Below are positions 19,001-27,107 of a stretch of 64,000 nt of DNA, in pieces (positions within the stretch are counted from its first letter, which is position 1; the number at the start of each line of letters is the position of its first letter). This DNA comes from Candidatus Poribacteria bacterium (GTDB lineage Bacteria; Poribacteria; WGA-4E; WGA-3G). The notes below the pieces were generated by a model, which was not told the DNA's origin, made no database searches, and was given only the letters and a program-made list of their open reading frames with translations. Made by a program: the position numbers and the translations under genes. Location of the stretch: positions 2,703,521 through 2,767,520 of the forward strand of contig OZ246979.1 in assembly GCA_965232545.1 (NCBI GenBank), written 5' to 3'.

Positions 19001-19101
19001 CAATTCAGGGGAATCCGGGTTCCATTAAAAACGAACTCACCCATCTTGTGGAAACGGGCGAGATCGTGAGGGTCCGGCGCGGTGTGTACGCCTTGGTATA
19101 G
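16075..19101 (+). CDS. Large (1008 aa) uncharacterised protein. It has a Cys cluster (CPSCPVYDAC), a C-terminal winged-helix-like tail, and an N-terminal region with weak primase-polymerase-like features.
   Basis: Long uninterrupted ORF with balanced composition. N-terminal motifs GIQVYTGTP...NWHDIEF...GGLRFSCRV loosely resemble Prim-Pol/AEP signatures. The C-terminal ...ETGEIVRVRRGVYALV is wHTH-like. No Walker A motif was found. Confidence 0.65.
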   Translation: MESVKDIIQQCHERRGKELHQRETIVSPTLHGDYPYHYIVYCARQYPLLLHDLEQADISFMPIGQAPEFDRGPVYCGGTRFLRRQGTSNWEPRRWFSSWGIQVYTGTPSARDGANWHDIEFTYRAIRDAPDAVVACVDALVNAVMNPLLTLLKGGGLRFSCRVPDYLHPNTMDAKQYVHKHLPDTNHHHDRDVYVRIIGDKDFTRWDARYEILKGNLLDPPIISKDVLFAFLDVLRELLHEPAPTSELDTTDEVLVDTQNFDDFGVIESLETEHVVNENILAVRRGEVSPIGMKRPRPLLEKVEPDAATDERNFSEGEERILGLVTGSISSEKKREIEATFLDTAPIWINANTPHDAEEAERYYEGLGVSVARWKPRNYRWGQAQWIPIAERMQNPFAYQNLCEDAKRCDALEQKGGDPNKSICPSCPVYDACQERGYLSQFETLKEKQVIVSEIPNPFLDRRYAAFVDALIVPNRTCIMNDSESQLTKLFSKYHLSSEILEGWLINWSGAVLGQFAKTMLNAIRITDSQHGDIAKRIRTVVQAFEGLENSIVQQMSQVTCTDKEGSRIATDTDSAIQSGMLDISTPENIAKIPNVYRDPEWTLWHQLKTFFACYTRDIDAPMFVDDGILRFWLPPRIHQTIQKLVFISPAFSEDYFKEAFPEKTVSVRRVESQKTSLSGNQAFQLRSAPHISYAIANYEVNWDVFSLSEIASRFFRGIHQEMKRHPDRNHVVISSTSTMVMLKNVFDNIISYHNLIKDTPAHSEDLRSTFETADVYDNRINALRSIFEAADVVWIVGTPYWPPQFIWEQAKILFGNQAEPLNYNLTMNPYQFEDERIQELYEQNAVGTLTQIIHIAGFNEVSDKTLILNTALRIPTVTEAPETELFDWEDFEIADELDELPETIRIREGYEAEYADIDASWCRERVEYLLGVSKSQANRILMRVRGSKIERIPFHVQIFELLLDGEKTTSEILESIQGNPGSIKNELTHLVETGEIVRVRRGVYALV

Positions 19102-19179
19102 TCGGGAACTCTCCTTTTTTTAACCCATCCGAGTGAATATACCTTCATACAACCAAACAACACACAGAGCACACCTACT

Positions 19180-21810
19180 CTAATAAACATCCGCTATTGT
19201 CTCATTCACCGTCGCACGCCATGAGTCTTCAAATAGCATGCGGAAAGACATCGTATTGTTATTAGGCGCGGTGATATTCATCGTACCATGTTGTGTGGCG
19301 TTTCGATATGCTGTTTCTAATGTTTCAATAAGTTTCTGTTTATAGGTGGTATCACTATTACCTTCAAGGTGTTGCCCTTTGGCTTCAAAGATGCAAAGCC
19401 TCTGTGGACCCGTTTGACTCCGCTGAAGACAGGCAACAAAATCGGGGTAGACGCGGTCGCGTCGCCACCCTTGTAAGAAATACCCTTGCTTCGCGGCAAT
19501 GCGGTGCCACCATTGGATTGCGTTCTGTTTGTCCAAGTAGAGCGCGAAATCTGTTTCCAGATTATTAAATTCTGCTTCAAATACTTTTTCAAAAAGGTTC
19601 TGTTGTAACAGATCGCCGTGCGGATGTGTCATCGGTTTTGCTTCAGGCGTAAGGCTGACCACAAGCGTTTTTTCCATCTCATAGTTTAACGCATCATCTG
19701 CTTGGAGGTTAAACTGGATTTCTCCGGCTTCCAACTTTTCTCTGAATACGATCTCAGCGCGTTTATCAACGCGACTGTGCAAACGATGTTTCAGGTACTC
19801 CGAAAGGTATAAACGGTGTGTATACAACGTTTCTTCGTCAACACCTTCTTCACGGTAGGCAGCAAGCGTTGCTTTCACGATGCGTGCGGCGTGCCAGGGA
19901 TTCGGCAGCACATCGCCGAGTCGCCGAACGAAAAACGCTACCTCCAAGTTGTGTGCCGCACTCGCTTGCAACTTTTTATCAATTACCGCTTCGTCTTGGA
20001 GGTGAATAGTGGCACGGATCTCCTGAAGTTGTGCCGCCTCGCCTAAATTGATAGGTGCCACCGGACCGAGTTGATGCCAGTCAATTGCGTTGAGAATGTC
20101 ACGTTCGTAATTGAGTTCTCGCCAGTTTCGTCCTTGTTTATGAAGGACACGCGGTAGAAAAATGTCTACATTACGGTATCCGTGTTTACGTCCAATAGTT
20201 CGTTGAACACGCTCTACACCTGTCCCTTCAACAAAGTCGCCTAATCCTGTTAACCCTTCTGCCTCTAATCCTTTCTTGACATTGGCGACTGCCGATTTGA
20301 CTTTCTGATTGTAACAGAAGATATAACAACTATCCAGTTCTGGATGGTTCGTGACACGGGCGTAGGGTTGGCGCATCACTCTCCCGATGAGCTGCGTCAT
20401 CGCCGTCGCCGCCGTGGTGTTGTCAAGAAGGGCAAGGAGATAAGCAAACGGGCAATCCCATCCCTCCTTCAAGGCATCTTTCGTGATGATATAGCGGACA
20501 GGGCAGAACGGACTCATGAGGTCTATTCCTGCGAGTTCATCTTGCTCCGACGATTTTACCTTGATCTGTTCCATTGGTACACCCAATGCATCAATGAGTT
20601 CTTCGCGAGCATCCTCGGCGTGGACCTTCACACCGTCGCGCTGGTTTTTGCCGGTGCGATCCACACGAATCACGGCGATGGGACGGATATAGCGATCTTT
20701 CGTTTGCTGAAATCGTTTTGCTACCTCTTCAAGTCTATCGCGTTCTTCCTTCGTCTGCGCAAGCGTATATCTCCAATCCGAATTCGGAAAATTTCGGAGT
20801 TGAATCGGGAGTTTTATCATCTCTTCTTCTTTGAGTGCAAGACCGGAGACATTGACGAGGATATTGCTGATGCCGAGTTTCGGCGTGGCGGAGAGTTCCA
20901 AGACAAAACGAGGATTGAGCCGATTTACCGATTCCACAAAGCCTTTATTGCGAACCATGTCAGGACTTCCGTAAGCCTTGTGCGCTTCATCTAAAATCAC
21001 AGTTGGGCGGAGTAGTTTCAGGACGTTAAAAAGGCTCTGTTTGATGAGCGTGTCTTTGGGGTTTCTGGCAAGCCGAGGTTGTGCAGCCTCATCATCTCCT
21101 GCCGTTTCAAGGTCGGGATGTTTTTCTGAGAGTGCTTGATGCTCCCGCATGTCATCCTCAACCGGAAAAAACGATGCATAGCCGCTACTATCACGGAAAA
21201 TCTTGAGGAATTCCTTGTTTCGGTTCCGATTCGCGGCGGGCAGCATGAGGAGCATCACACAGAGATGGTTCTCAATATCCTGCTTTGTAAATCTATCGTC
21301 TTTTTGGAGCAGTTTGACGCGCCCTCCGGAAGCACGCTCCAGAGTTTGTCGATACGGATGCTCTTTATTGCGAAAAGCGTCCCACGTTTGCGTATAGATG
21401 GCTTTGGTTGGCACCAGCCAGAGCACAAATCCAGTGCCGAGTTTCAAGTGACGCACCGCCTCCACACCTAACAGGGTCTTCCCGCCACCTGTCGGGACCT
21501 TCAGACAGACATGCGGAATCGGTTCACCAGAGGTACTCTCACGCGGAATGTGTTCTGGAATTAGGTTCTGTCCTTGCGCATCTGTAACGCCCGGTAACAC
21601 TGCGGCTTTTCGTAAACTTTCCCATGCTTGATGTGGATAATTCTCTACATCTCTGGTGACTGCAAGAGCAGTCTCACCCAAAGTCTCCGAAATCTCTTTT
21701 GATGATAATAGGTCCGCCCATTCATCGGCTTTCTGGCGCGCCTCCTTGAGTGCCTCCAGATAGCGGTCCAATGTATCTAATGCCTGTTGTTGATAGTCTT
21801 TGAGTTCCAT
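19180..21810 (-). CDS. res: Type III restriction enzyme Res subunit (SF2 helicase plus PD-(D/E)xK endonuclease).
   Basis: Helicase motif I KVPTGGGKT and motif II ILDEAHKAY (DEAH). C-terminal nuclease motif VYPDFVACL...FEAKG. 876 aa. Lies downstream of mod on the same strand. Confidence 0.85.
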   Translation of the reverse strand: MELKDYQQQALDTLDRYLEALKEARQKADEWADLLSSKEISETLGETALAVTRDVENYPHQAWESLRKAAVLPGVTDAQGQNLIPEHIPRESTSGEPIPHVCLKVPTGGGKTLLGVEAVRHLKLGTGFVLWLVPTKAIYTQTWDAFRNKEHPYRQTLERASGGRVKLLQKDDRFTKQDIENHLCVMLLMLPAANRNRNKEFLKIFRDSSGYASFFPVEDDMREHQALSEKHPDLETAGDDEAAQPRLARNPKDTLIKQSLFNVLKLLRPTVILDEAHKAYGSPDMVRNKGFVESVNRLNPRFVLELSATPKLGISNILVNVSGLALKEEEMIKLPIQLRNFPNSDWRYTLAQTKEERDRLEEVAKRFQQTKDRYIRPIAVIRVDRTGKNQRDGVKVHAEDAREELIDALGVPMEQIKVKSSEQDELAGIDLMSPFCPVRYIITKDALKEGWDCPFAYLLALLDNTTAATAMTQLIGRVMRQPYARVTNHPELDSCYIFCYNQKVKSAVANVKKGLEAEGLTGLGDFVEGTGVERVQRTIGRKHGYRNVDIFLPRVLHKQGRNWRELNYERDILNAIDWHQLGPVAPINLGEAAQLQEIRATIHLQDEAVIDKKLQASAAHNLEVAFFVRRLGDVLPNPWHAARIVKATLAAYREEGVDEETLYTHRLYLSEYLKHRLHSRVDKRAEIVFREKLEAGEIQFNLQADDALNYEMEKTLVVSLTPEAKPMTHPHGDLLQQNLFEKVFEAEFNNLETDFALYLDKQNAIQWWHRIAAKQGYFLQGWRRDRVYPDFVACLQRSQTGPQRLCIFEAKGQHLEGNSDTTYKQKLIETLETAYRNATQHGTMNITAPNNNTMSFRMLFEDSWRATVNETIADVY

Positions 21811-21878
21811 TTCATAAGCCTCCAGACCCGGTAGGTGGGCTGTTTTTGATAGGGTGTTTTCCTCCTAACCACCCCGCT

Positions 21879-22094
21879 TCATAGCGTGATTATAATTTCT
21901 TCAAAAGACTCACCCTCTGTTCGGCGAATTGCCTCTTTGCGATTGTATTCTATCGTTTCGCGAAGCGTGACTTGCAGCGTTTCAAGTAATTCGTCCTTAG
22001 TCCGTTCTTGACCATTCACACCGGGAATTTCTTGTATCCAACCGATCCACCAACCTTCGTCTCGTTGGATGACAGCAGTATAGGTTTGGACCAT
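21879..22094 (-). CDS. HicB-like (UPF0150) antitoxin-family protein, apparently an orphan.
   Basis: 71-aa protein MVQTYTAVIQRDEGWWIGWIQEIPGVNG... matches the HicB N-terminal RNase-H-like fold pattern. No hicA is detectable nearby. A degenerate REP copy lies immediately upstream (22116-22170). Confidence 0.5.
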   Translation of the reverse strand: MVQTYTAVIQRDEGWWIGWIQEIPGVNGQERTKDELLETLQVTLRETIEYNRKEAIRRTEGESFEEIIITL

Positions 22095-22254
22095 CCGTTC
22101 TGTGCTCCTTACGTGCGATAAATCGCACTACTACGAACAGCCTGCTTGTAGTAGGACAATTCATTGCCCGTCAATTACCGAGTTATTTTCTGAAACTTCA
22201 TTTAGATTATGCCTGCAAGGACGCAAACTGGAAGTTTACGCTACGAAACCACTC

Positions 22255-23898
22255 TCACATATCCGCAATACGATGGATGTTATAGGGCAACTGGCAGAAA
22301 GTGATCCCCATGTCTGTCAACTCCTTCTGACTGATGAATTTTTGAGGCGCATAGACATAAGCCTTTTTACCTGTTTCCTTGCACGCTTTGGCGATCTGCT
22401 CGGCACGCGCTCCATCTAACGCGGATTTATTGCTCTCCAAAAATTCCAATGTCGGTTCATAGATGAGATAGAAACGGAAGGCATCGGTTTCACCAAAACA
22501 GTAATCTTCCTGCTCTGCGATGGAAGTTAGCGCATTGCCCGTGGCAGTATAAGCGATATAGTCGGCTAAAGCCTCGTAGGTAGGAAGTGTTTCACCGGTG
22601 AGCATGCCTTCCTCGTCAATCGGTTCGCCGAGCGTGCAGTAGGTGAAGGAACCGCCAAGCCCCTCTCGCAGTGTCTCATCTTTGGCATTTTCAATGCCGT
22701 TGATGACGCGTCGGACGCGTTCAGCGGTAATAGTATCGGCATAGTCTTCACATTCCATGAGGATAAACTTTCGGTTACCACCATCTTCCTTATTGAGTGC
22801 GAGGACAGCGTGGGCAGTAGTCCCGGTGCCAGCAAAAGAGTCAAGAATCAGTGAATCAGAAGTTGTTGACAGTAAAACAAGCCTTTTGATTAAATCAAGA
22901 GGCTTGCTAGTATCTAAAACTTTTTCGCCAAAGATCGCTTTCTGTTCATTAGTAGCATCAGTCGTTGTTGCCAAGTCGTAATAGATAGTCCGTTCCTTGA
23001 CCACCTTATCTTTATTTCTCATTTCATCAAAATAGATAACTTCGTAGGGAGTCCAACGTTCCTTTCTCTTTTCCCAATGGATATGATCTTGGTCCAAAAC
23101 CGTTGGGCGTGTTCGCCAATTTCCATCTCTCCCATCTGGGGCTCTTGGGAAAAAATCAGTTCCGTCTGGTGCCTGGATTGAATAAAACATCGTTGGTCTG
23201 TCTTCTCGATAGGCATTAGATCCCCATTTTTCCAATTTTAAAAATTTACACTTCCGGCCGTTTTTGACTTTAGGAAATTCAGACTCAGTTCTTAGTGAAG
23301 TCCTGAATTTGATAGTGTAGACATCACTTTTCCGATAGCACAAAATATACTCATGTTCACGTGCATAGTATTCAGTGTCCTGTCCGCCTCCCGCTTTTTT
23401 TCGCCAGATAAGGTTCGCCACAAAATTCTCTTCACCAAAAACCTCATCCATTAGCAAACGTAAATTGTGTACTTCATTATCATCAATAGAGACAAAAATT
23501 ACGCCATCATCGGACAGCAATTCATGCAATAAATGGAGTCGAGGCCACATCATACATAACCACTTATCATGACGTTCTAAGTCTTCATTATCAATCGGAC
23601 TATGTTTCTCCAGCCACGTTTGCATCATCGGGCTGTTAACATTGTCATTATAGACCCAACCTTCGTTGCCGGTATTATACGGAGGATCAATGTAGATACA
23701 CTTGATTTTGTCAGCGTATTTTGGGAGAAGTGCTTTCAGGGCGTGTAGGTTGTCACTGTGAATGATGAGATTATCATTTAAGGATGGATCGTTGTCGCCA
23801 GTCAGGGATTTATCTGCATCTATTTGCAGGGTGCGGATGGGAAGGGTAAGGTGGTGTCCGTATATAAATTGTTTACCTTTGAAATCGAGTGAGGGCAT
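22255..23898 (-). CDS. mod: Type III restriction-modification Mod subunit (N6-adenine DNA methyltransferase, beta class).
   Basis: Catalytic motif IV IYIDPPYNTG. A downstream AdoMet motif (DSFAGTGTT) gives beta-class order. 547 aa. Lies immediately upstream of res. Confidence 0.85.
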   Translation of the reverse strand: MPSLDFKGKQFIYGHHLTLPIRTLQIDADKSLTGDNDPSLNDNLIIHSDNLHALKALLPKYADKIKCIYIDPPYNTGNEGWVYNDNVNSPMMQTWLEKHSPIDNEDLERHDKWLCMMWPRLHLLHELLSDDGVIFVSIDDNEVHNLRLLMDEVFGEENFVANLIWRKKAGGGQDTEYYAREHEYILCYRKSDVYTIKFRTSLRTESEFPKVKNGRKCKFLKLEKWGSNAYREDRPTMFYSIQAPDGTDFFPRAPDGRDGNWRTRPTVLDQDHIHWEKRKERWTPYEVIYFDEMRNKDKVVKERTIYYDLATTTDATNEQKAIFGEKVLDTSKPLDLIKRLVLLSTTSDSLILDSFAGTGTTAHAVLALNKEDGGNRKFILMECEDYADTITAERVRRVINGIENAKDETLREGLGGSFTYCTLGEPIDEEGMLTGETLPTYEALADYIAYTATGNALTSIAEQEDYCFGETDAFRFYLIYEPTLEFLESNKSALDGARAEQIAKACKETGKKAYVYAPQKFISQKELTDMGITFCQLPYNIHRIADM

Positions 23899-24076
23899 AG
23901 GGATTCCTCAAAAAAACCTCATATTATTGCGAAACATATCAAAAATATGCATAATTATAGCATAAAAACGTATAAAAATACATAAAAATACATAAAAACG
24001 CATATAATAACATTATATTCGGTTAAAATTCTCTCAATAGATATGCTGTGATTAACAAAAAAGGAAGGTACAGAGC

Positions 24077-24289
24077 ATGGACAGAATAACTTTTAATCCA
24101 GAACAGTGTGGTGGACACCCCTGCATTCGAGGGATGCGGATTCGGGTAACAGATGTCTTAGATTTGCTGGCTGCTGGACTCTCTTTTCAAGAAATTCTTG
24201 ACGAAATGCCATTGCTGGAATACGAAGACATTGTTGCTTGTCTCCAATTCGCCTCACGAAAAATTAACCATCCTGTAGTTGACGCATGA
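24077..24289 (+). CDS. DUF433 domain protein (antitoxin-like partner of DUF5615 nucleases).
   Basis: 70 aa with the GKPCIRGTRI-like core (GGHPCIRGMRIRVTDVLDLLAAG). Followed by a truncated DUF5615-like start. Confidence 0.6.
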   Translation: MDRITFNPEQCGGHPCIRGMRIRVTDVLDLLAAGLSFQEILDEMPLLEYEDIVACLQFASRKINHPVVDA

Positions 24290-24324
24290 AGTTTTGGATC
24301 GATCAAAATACGCCTGTATCTTAG
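24286..24324 (+). pseudogene. Truncated remnant of a DUF5615 (Mut7-C-like) toxin gene, cut off by the REP array.
   Basis: Overlapping ATGA start/stop with the DUF433 gene. It encodes MKFWIDQNTPVS*, matching the canonical DUF5615 N-terminus MKFL.DENL.P, then stops where the first REP begins. Confidence 0.3.
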
Positions 24325-24333
24325 AAAAAACGT

Positions 24334-24686
24334 GGTTCGTAGTAGCGCAATTCATTGCGCTTTGTGGAAGGTAGATGTGTAGTTGACGCGGTTCATCAAC
24401 AATCTCCGGACCGGTTACGCAAGACGAGAACATTAGTCGAGTTTTAAAGGTCAGTTATTTTAAGTTCGTCGTAAGGAGACCCTTTATCACCTGTGTTACA
24501 GCGCAATGAATTGCGCTACTACGAACAGGAGAAGATGCGAATATGTACCGCTATGAAGGCAACTTCGTCAGCGTGCTAAAGCGCAATGAATTGCGCTACT
24601 ACGAACAGGAAGAGATTGGAATATGTACCGCCATGAAAGCAACTTATTCATCGTGCTAAAGCGCAATAAATTGCGCTACTACGAAC
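24334..24686. repeat. REP (repetitive extragenic palindrome) cluster 5' of the RAYT gene. It has one inverted-orientation REP (24334-24360) and three direct REPs (24501-24526, 24581-24606, 24661-24686) inside an 80-bp tandemly triplicated unit.
   Basis: Imperfect palindrome GCGCAATGAATTGCGC followed by TACTACGAAC. The 80-bp units also repeat the RBS and the first codons (ATGTACCGCTAT) of the transposase. Confidence 0.75.
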
Positions 24687-24702
24687 AGGAAGAGATTGGA
24701 AT

Positions 24703-25311
24703 ATGTACCGCTATCGGGGACTAACACCTGAAGAGAAAACTGAAATCCTGCAGCAGCGACAATCGCATGGTTTCCCACCGCACGCACCACCGCACCTACA
24801 CGATACCGAAGGTTGGTTTTTGATTACTACCGCCACTTATGAACATAAGCGGTACTTCCAGACCAACGAAGAACGAACATGGATACTGGGCGAGTTGCGA
24901 AAAGAACTCCAAATCCCCAACATCTCAATTGGCGGCTGGGTTGTATTATCAAATCATTATCATCTATTGATTAAGTGTCAACCGCTTTCGGTTATCAGTC
25001 AGCCCTTACGTCGGGTTCATGCCCGCACGGCACGTGAATTGAATCGTCGTGACGAACTATCTGGACGGCAAGTTTGGTATCGTTTCAGTGATCGACAGAT
25101 TCGCAGTGAAAGACATTATTACACAACCCTGAACTATATCCACTACAATCCGACAAAGCATAACTACGTGCAAAAACCAAAGGATTGGACCTGTTCAAGT
25201 TTACATTGGTATGAAAAACATTTCGGGATTGAATGGCTGCGGGATCTCTGGCGAACGTATCCTGTACGGGATTATGGAAAAGGATGGGATTGGCAAAATT
25301 CAGGTTCGTAG
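24703..25311 (+). CDS. REP-associated tyrosine transposase (RAYT, IS200/IS605-like HUH Y1 transposase).
   Basis: HUH motif LSNHYHLLIK and a downstream catalytic Tyr region (TTLNYIHYNP). 202 aa. Flanked on both sides by REPs. Confidence 0.8.
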   Translation: MYRYRGLTPEEKTEILQQRQSHGFPPHAPPHLHDTEGWFLITTATYEHKRYFQTNEERTWILGELRKELQIPNISIGGWVVLSNHYHLLIKCQPLSVISQPLRRVHARTARELNRRDELSGRQVWYRFSDRQIRSERHYYTTLNYIHYNPTKHNYVQKPKDWTCSSLHWYEKHFGIEWLRDLWRTYPVRDYGKGWDWQNSGS

Positions 25312-25551
25312 TAAGGCGATTCATCGCCTTGTGGTGAGGAAACCGTCCACATGAATATCTAATCCTGTTTTAAAAGCCTTAAAGATTTACAAATCAAATA
25401 ATGGCAAGACTGAAGACTTGATGAGTTTATATAAGGCTATTTGCAATGGTTTAAAAATTTCCTATGATGAGTCATTTTTTAACAACCCATTTATACCACA
25501 GATGCAAAATAATACCATTTCTGCATAACCGTTTTTCATTAGCAAAAAACC

Positions 25552-25715
25552 GGTTCGCAGTAGCGCAATGAATTGCACCAGGGACATTCGGAAACCTCAT
25601 AGCGTTTCAAAATCTCTGAAATGCGAATTTATCAGGACTTACGCAAAATTGGCTTTCATGCCAAAATTGAGGGGATATTCCCGAAGAAAGCGCAATGAAT
25701 TGCGCTACTACGAAC
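25552..25715. repeat. Two REP copies 3' of the RAYT gene (25552-25576 and 25690-25715).
   Basis: ggttcgcagtagcgcaatgaattgc and gcgcaatgaattgcgctactacgaacc are the same palindrome family as the upstream cluster. Confidence 0.65.
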
Positions 25716-25752
25716 CAAAGACCGCACGAAAACGGGTCAACTGCGTAAGTCC

Positions 25753-26621
25753 TAGGTTGTGTTTACATTTTGTGAGTGGTTACGAGTATTGCTGCGAAAT
25801 AGACGAATCCGAGGTACCGAACACTTAATTTATCGTAGCGCGTCGCGACCCGACGATACTGTTTCAACCACCCAAAGAAACGCTCTATCAAGTTGCGGCG
25901 TTTATACAATTCTTTATCATACTCACGGGGTTCCGTCCGCCCTTTGCGAGGCGGGATCACCGCAATCGCAGCCTCAGACGTGATCTCTGCTATAAACGCA
26001 TCCGAGTCGTAAGCTTTATCACCTATGACATATTCATAGGAATACCCTTCAATTAGCGCAGGAGCTTGTGTAATATCATTGCGGTGTCCCGCTATCAAAA
26101 TAAAACGCAACGGGATACAGGCATCGCTGAGAGACAGATTCAGTTTCGTCGTAAATCCGCCTCGCGTTCGTCCGAGTGCCTGTGCCTCTTGTCCTCCTTT
26201 TTTTTCGGGGCCCCTGCTGCCGAGGCATGTGCCCGCACGATCGTCGAATCAATGAGGATCCCTGAGATGTCGCCAGCATCATGAAACTGTTCATGGAGTG
26301 CTTGAAAAACACCCACATCGCACCATCTACTGAATCGACGATAGATCGCATTCCAATTACCATAGACCTTCGGTAAAGCGCGCCACGTCGCGCCTTCTTT
26401 TGCGATCCAAAGCACAGCAGAGAGAAAGTGCCTGCACGTTTCTGGGTTTCCAACATAGACGTTTCGGCAGTCTTTGAGGAACGGTAAGATGCTATTCCAA
26501 GCAGCATCACTCAACTGCACTGGCAGTTCTTGGGAGTCAACGGCATTTTGAGTTTCCATAAAAAAAGGATACTAAAATCTCTACCAAATGTCAATACCTT
26601 TTCAAATGTAAACACAACCTA
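25753..26621 (-). mobile_element. IS5-family insertion sequence (IS427/IS1031-like group), about 870 bp, with terminal inverted repeats and a probable TA target duplication.
   Basis: IRL (c)taGGTTGTGTTTACATTT at about 25753-25770. IRR is the reverse complement of AAATGTAAACACAACCta at about 26604-26621. It contains two overlapping transposase ORFs. Confidence 0.8.
25763..26559 (-). CDS. IS5-family DDE transposase OrfAB, expressed via a -1 programmed frameshift at an A8G slippery run.
   Basis: OrfA (26140-26559) is N-terminal HTH-like. OrfB (25763-26110) carries DDE-region motifs (VIGDKAYDSD ... ERFFGWLKQYRRVATRYDK). The slippery CCG AAA AAA AAG is on the minus strand at about 26199-26206. 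Confidence 0.75.
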
Positions 26622-26733
26622 CGGATTATAGCATTAATTTGATGGCATTGCCAATAAAAAACGCGTGAACGATAGGATATTCAGGGCGTACCTCTAACTG
26701 ACAACCTAAAACTGAATGACTTGGGAAAACATT

Positions 26734-26762
26734 GACAAGCCCTCTCAAAGACGCTATAATTG
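26734..26762 (+). promoter_or_regulatory. Consensus sigma70-type promoter (TTGACA-17-TATAAT) upstream of the second DUF433 gene.
   Basis: ttgacaagccctctcaaagacgctataat. Confidence 0.45.
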
Positions 26763-26803
26763 TGAAGAAGATTGACATGATTTCTATATTGGAGGGAATA
26801 TAC

Positions 26804-27022
26804 ATGGCAATTCGTTGGAGAGACCACATTGTTAGCACACCTGATATATTGCGCGGTAAACCGCGCATCAAAGGGACAAGAATTCCGGTAAGCCTTCTCC
26901 TCGGATACTTGGCAGCAGGGCATACAACAGACGAAATCATAACTGAATTCCCAGATCTCAAAGCGATGCAAATTCACGCCTGCCTTGATTACGCGCGTGA
27001 ATTAGAAGATTCCAATCAATAA
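26804..27022 (+). CDS. DUF433 domain protein (second copy). The start is refined to the internal ATG (MAIRWRDH...).
   Basis: LRGKPRIKGTRIPVSLLLGYLAAGHTTDEIITEFPDL matches the DUF433 core. No DUF5615 partner lies downstream. Confidence 0.6.
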   Translation: MAIRWRDHIVSTPDILRGKPRIKGTRIPVSLLLGYLAAGHTTDEIITEFPDLKAMQIHACLDYARELEDSNQ

Positions 27023-27041
27023 ATCCCGCCAAAAAATCCTT

Positions 27042-27076
27042 GACATCCTTCCCGAAACTGTATACAATGCAACCCC
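27042..27076 (+). promoter_or_regulatory. Near-consensus promoter (TTGACA-17-TACAAT) upstream of the beta-propeller protein gene.
   Basis: ttgacatccttcccgaaactgtatacaat. Confidence 0.4.
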
Positions 27077-27107
27077 AAGCAATGTACGTTTTATACGGAG
27101 GTTTCTC

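Noticed and set aside
24490-24745. A regularly spaced repeat array (26-bp repeats, 80-bp period) that superficially resembles a small CRISPR array.
   Set aside because: The spacers are not unique. Each 80-bp unit is a near-identical copy containing the REP palindrome plus the RBS and first codons of the downstream RAYT transposase. The repeats are strongly palindromic REP elements also found singly, in inverted orientation, at 24334, 25552, 25690 and 22116. There are no cas genes. It is a REP/BIME-like tandem duplication and not CRISPR.
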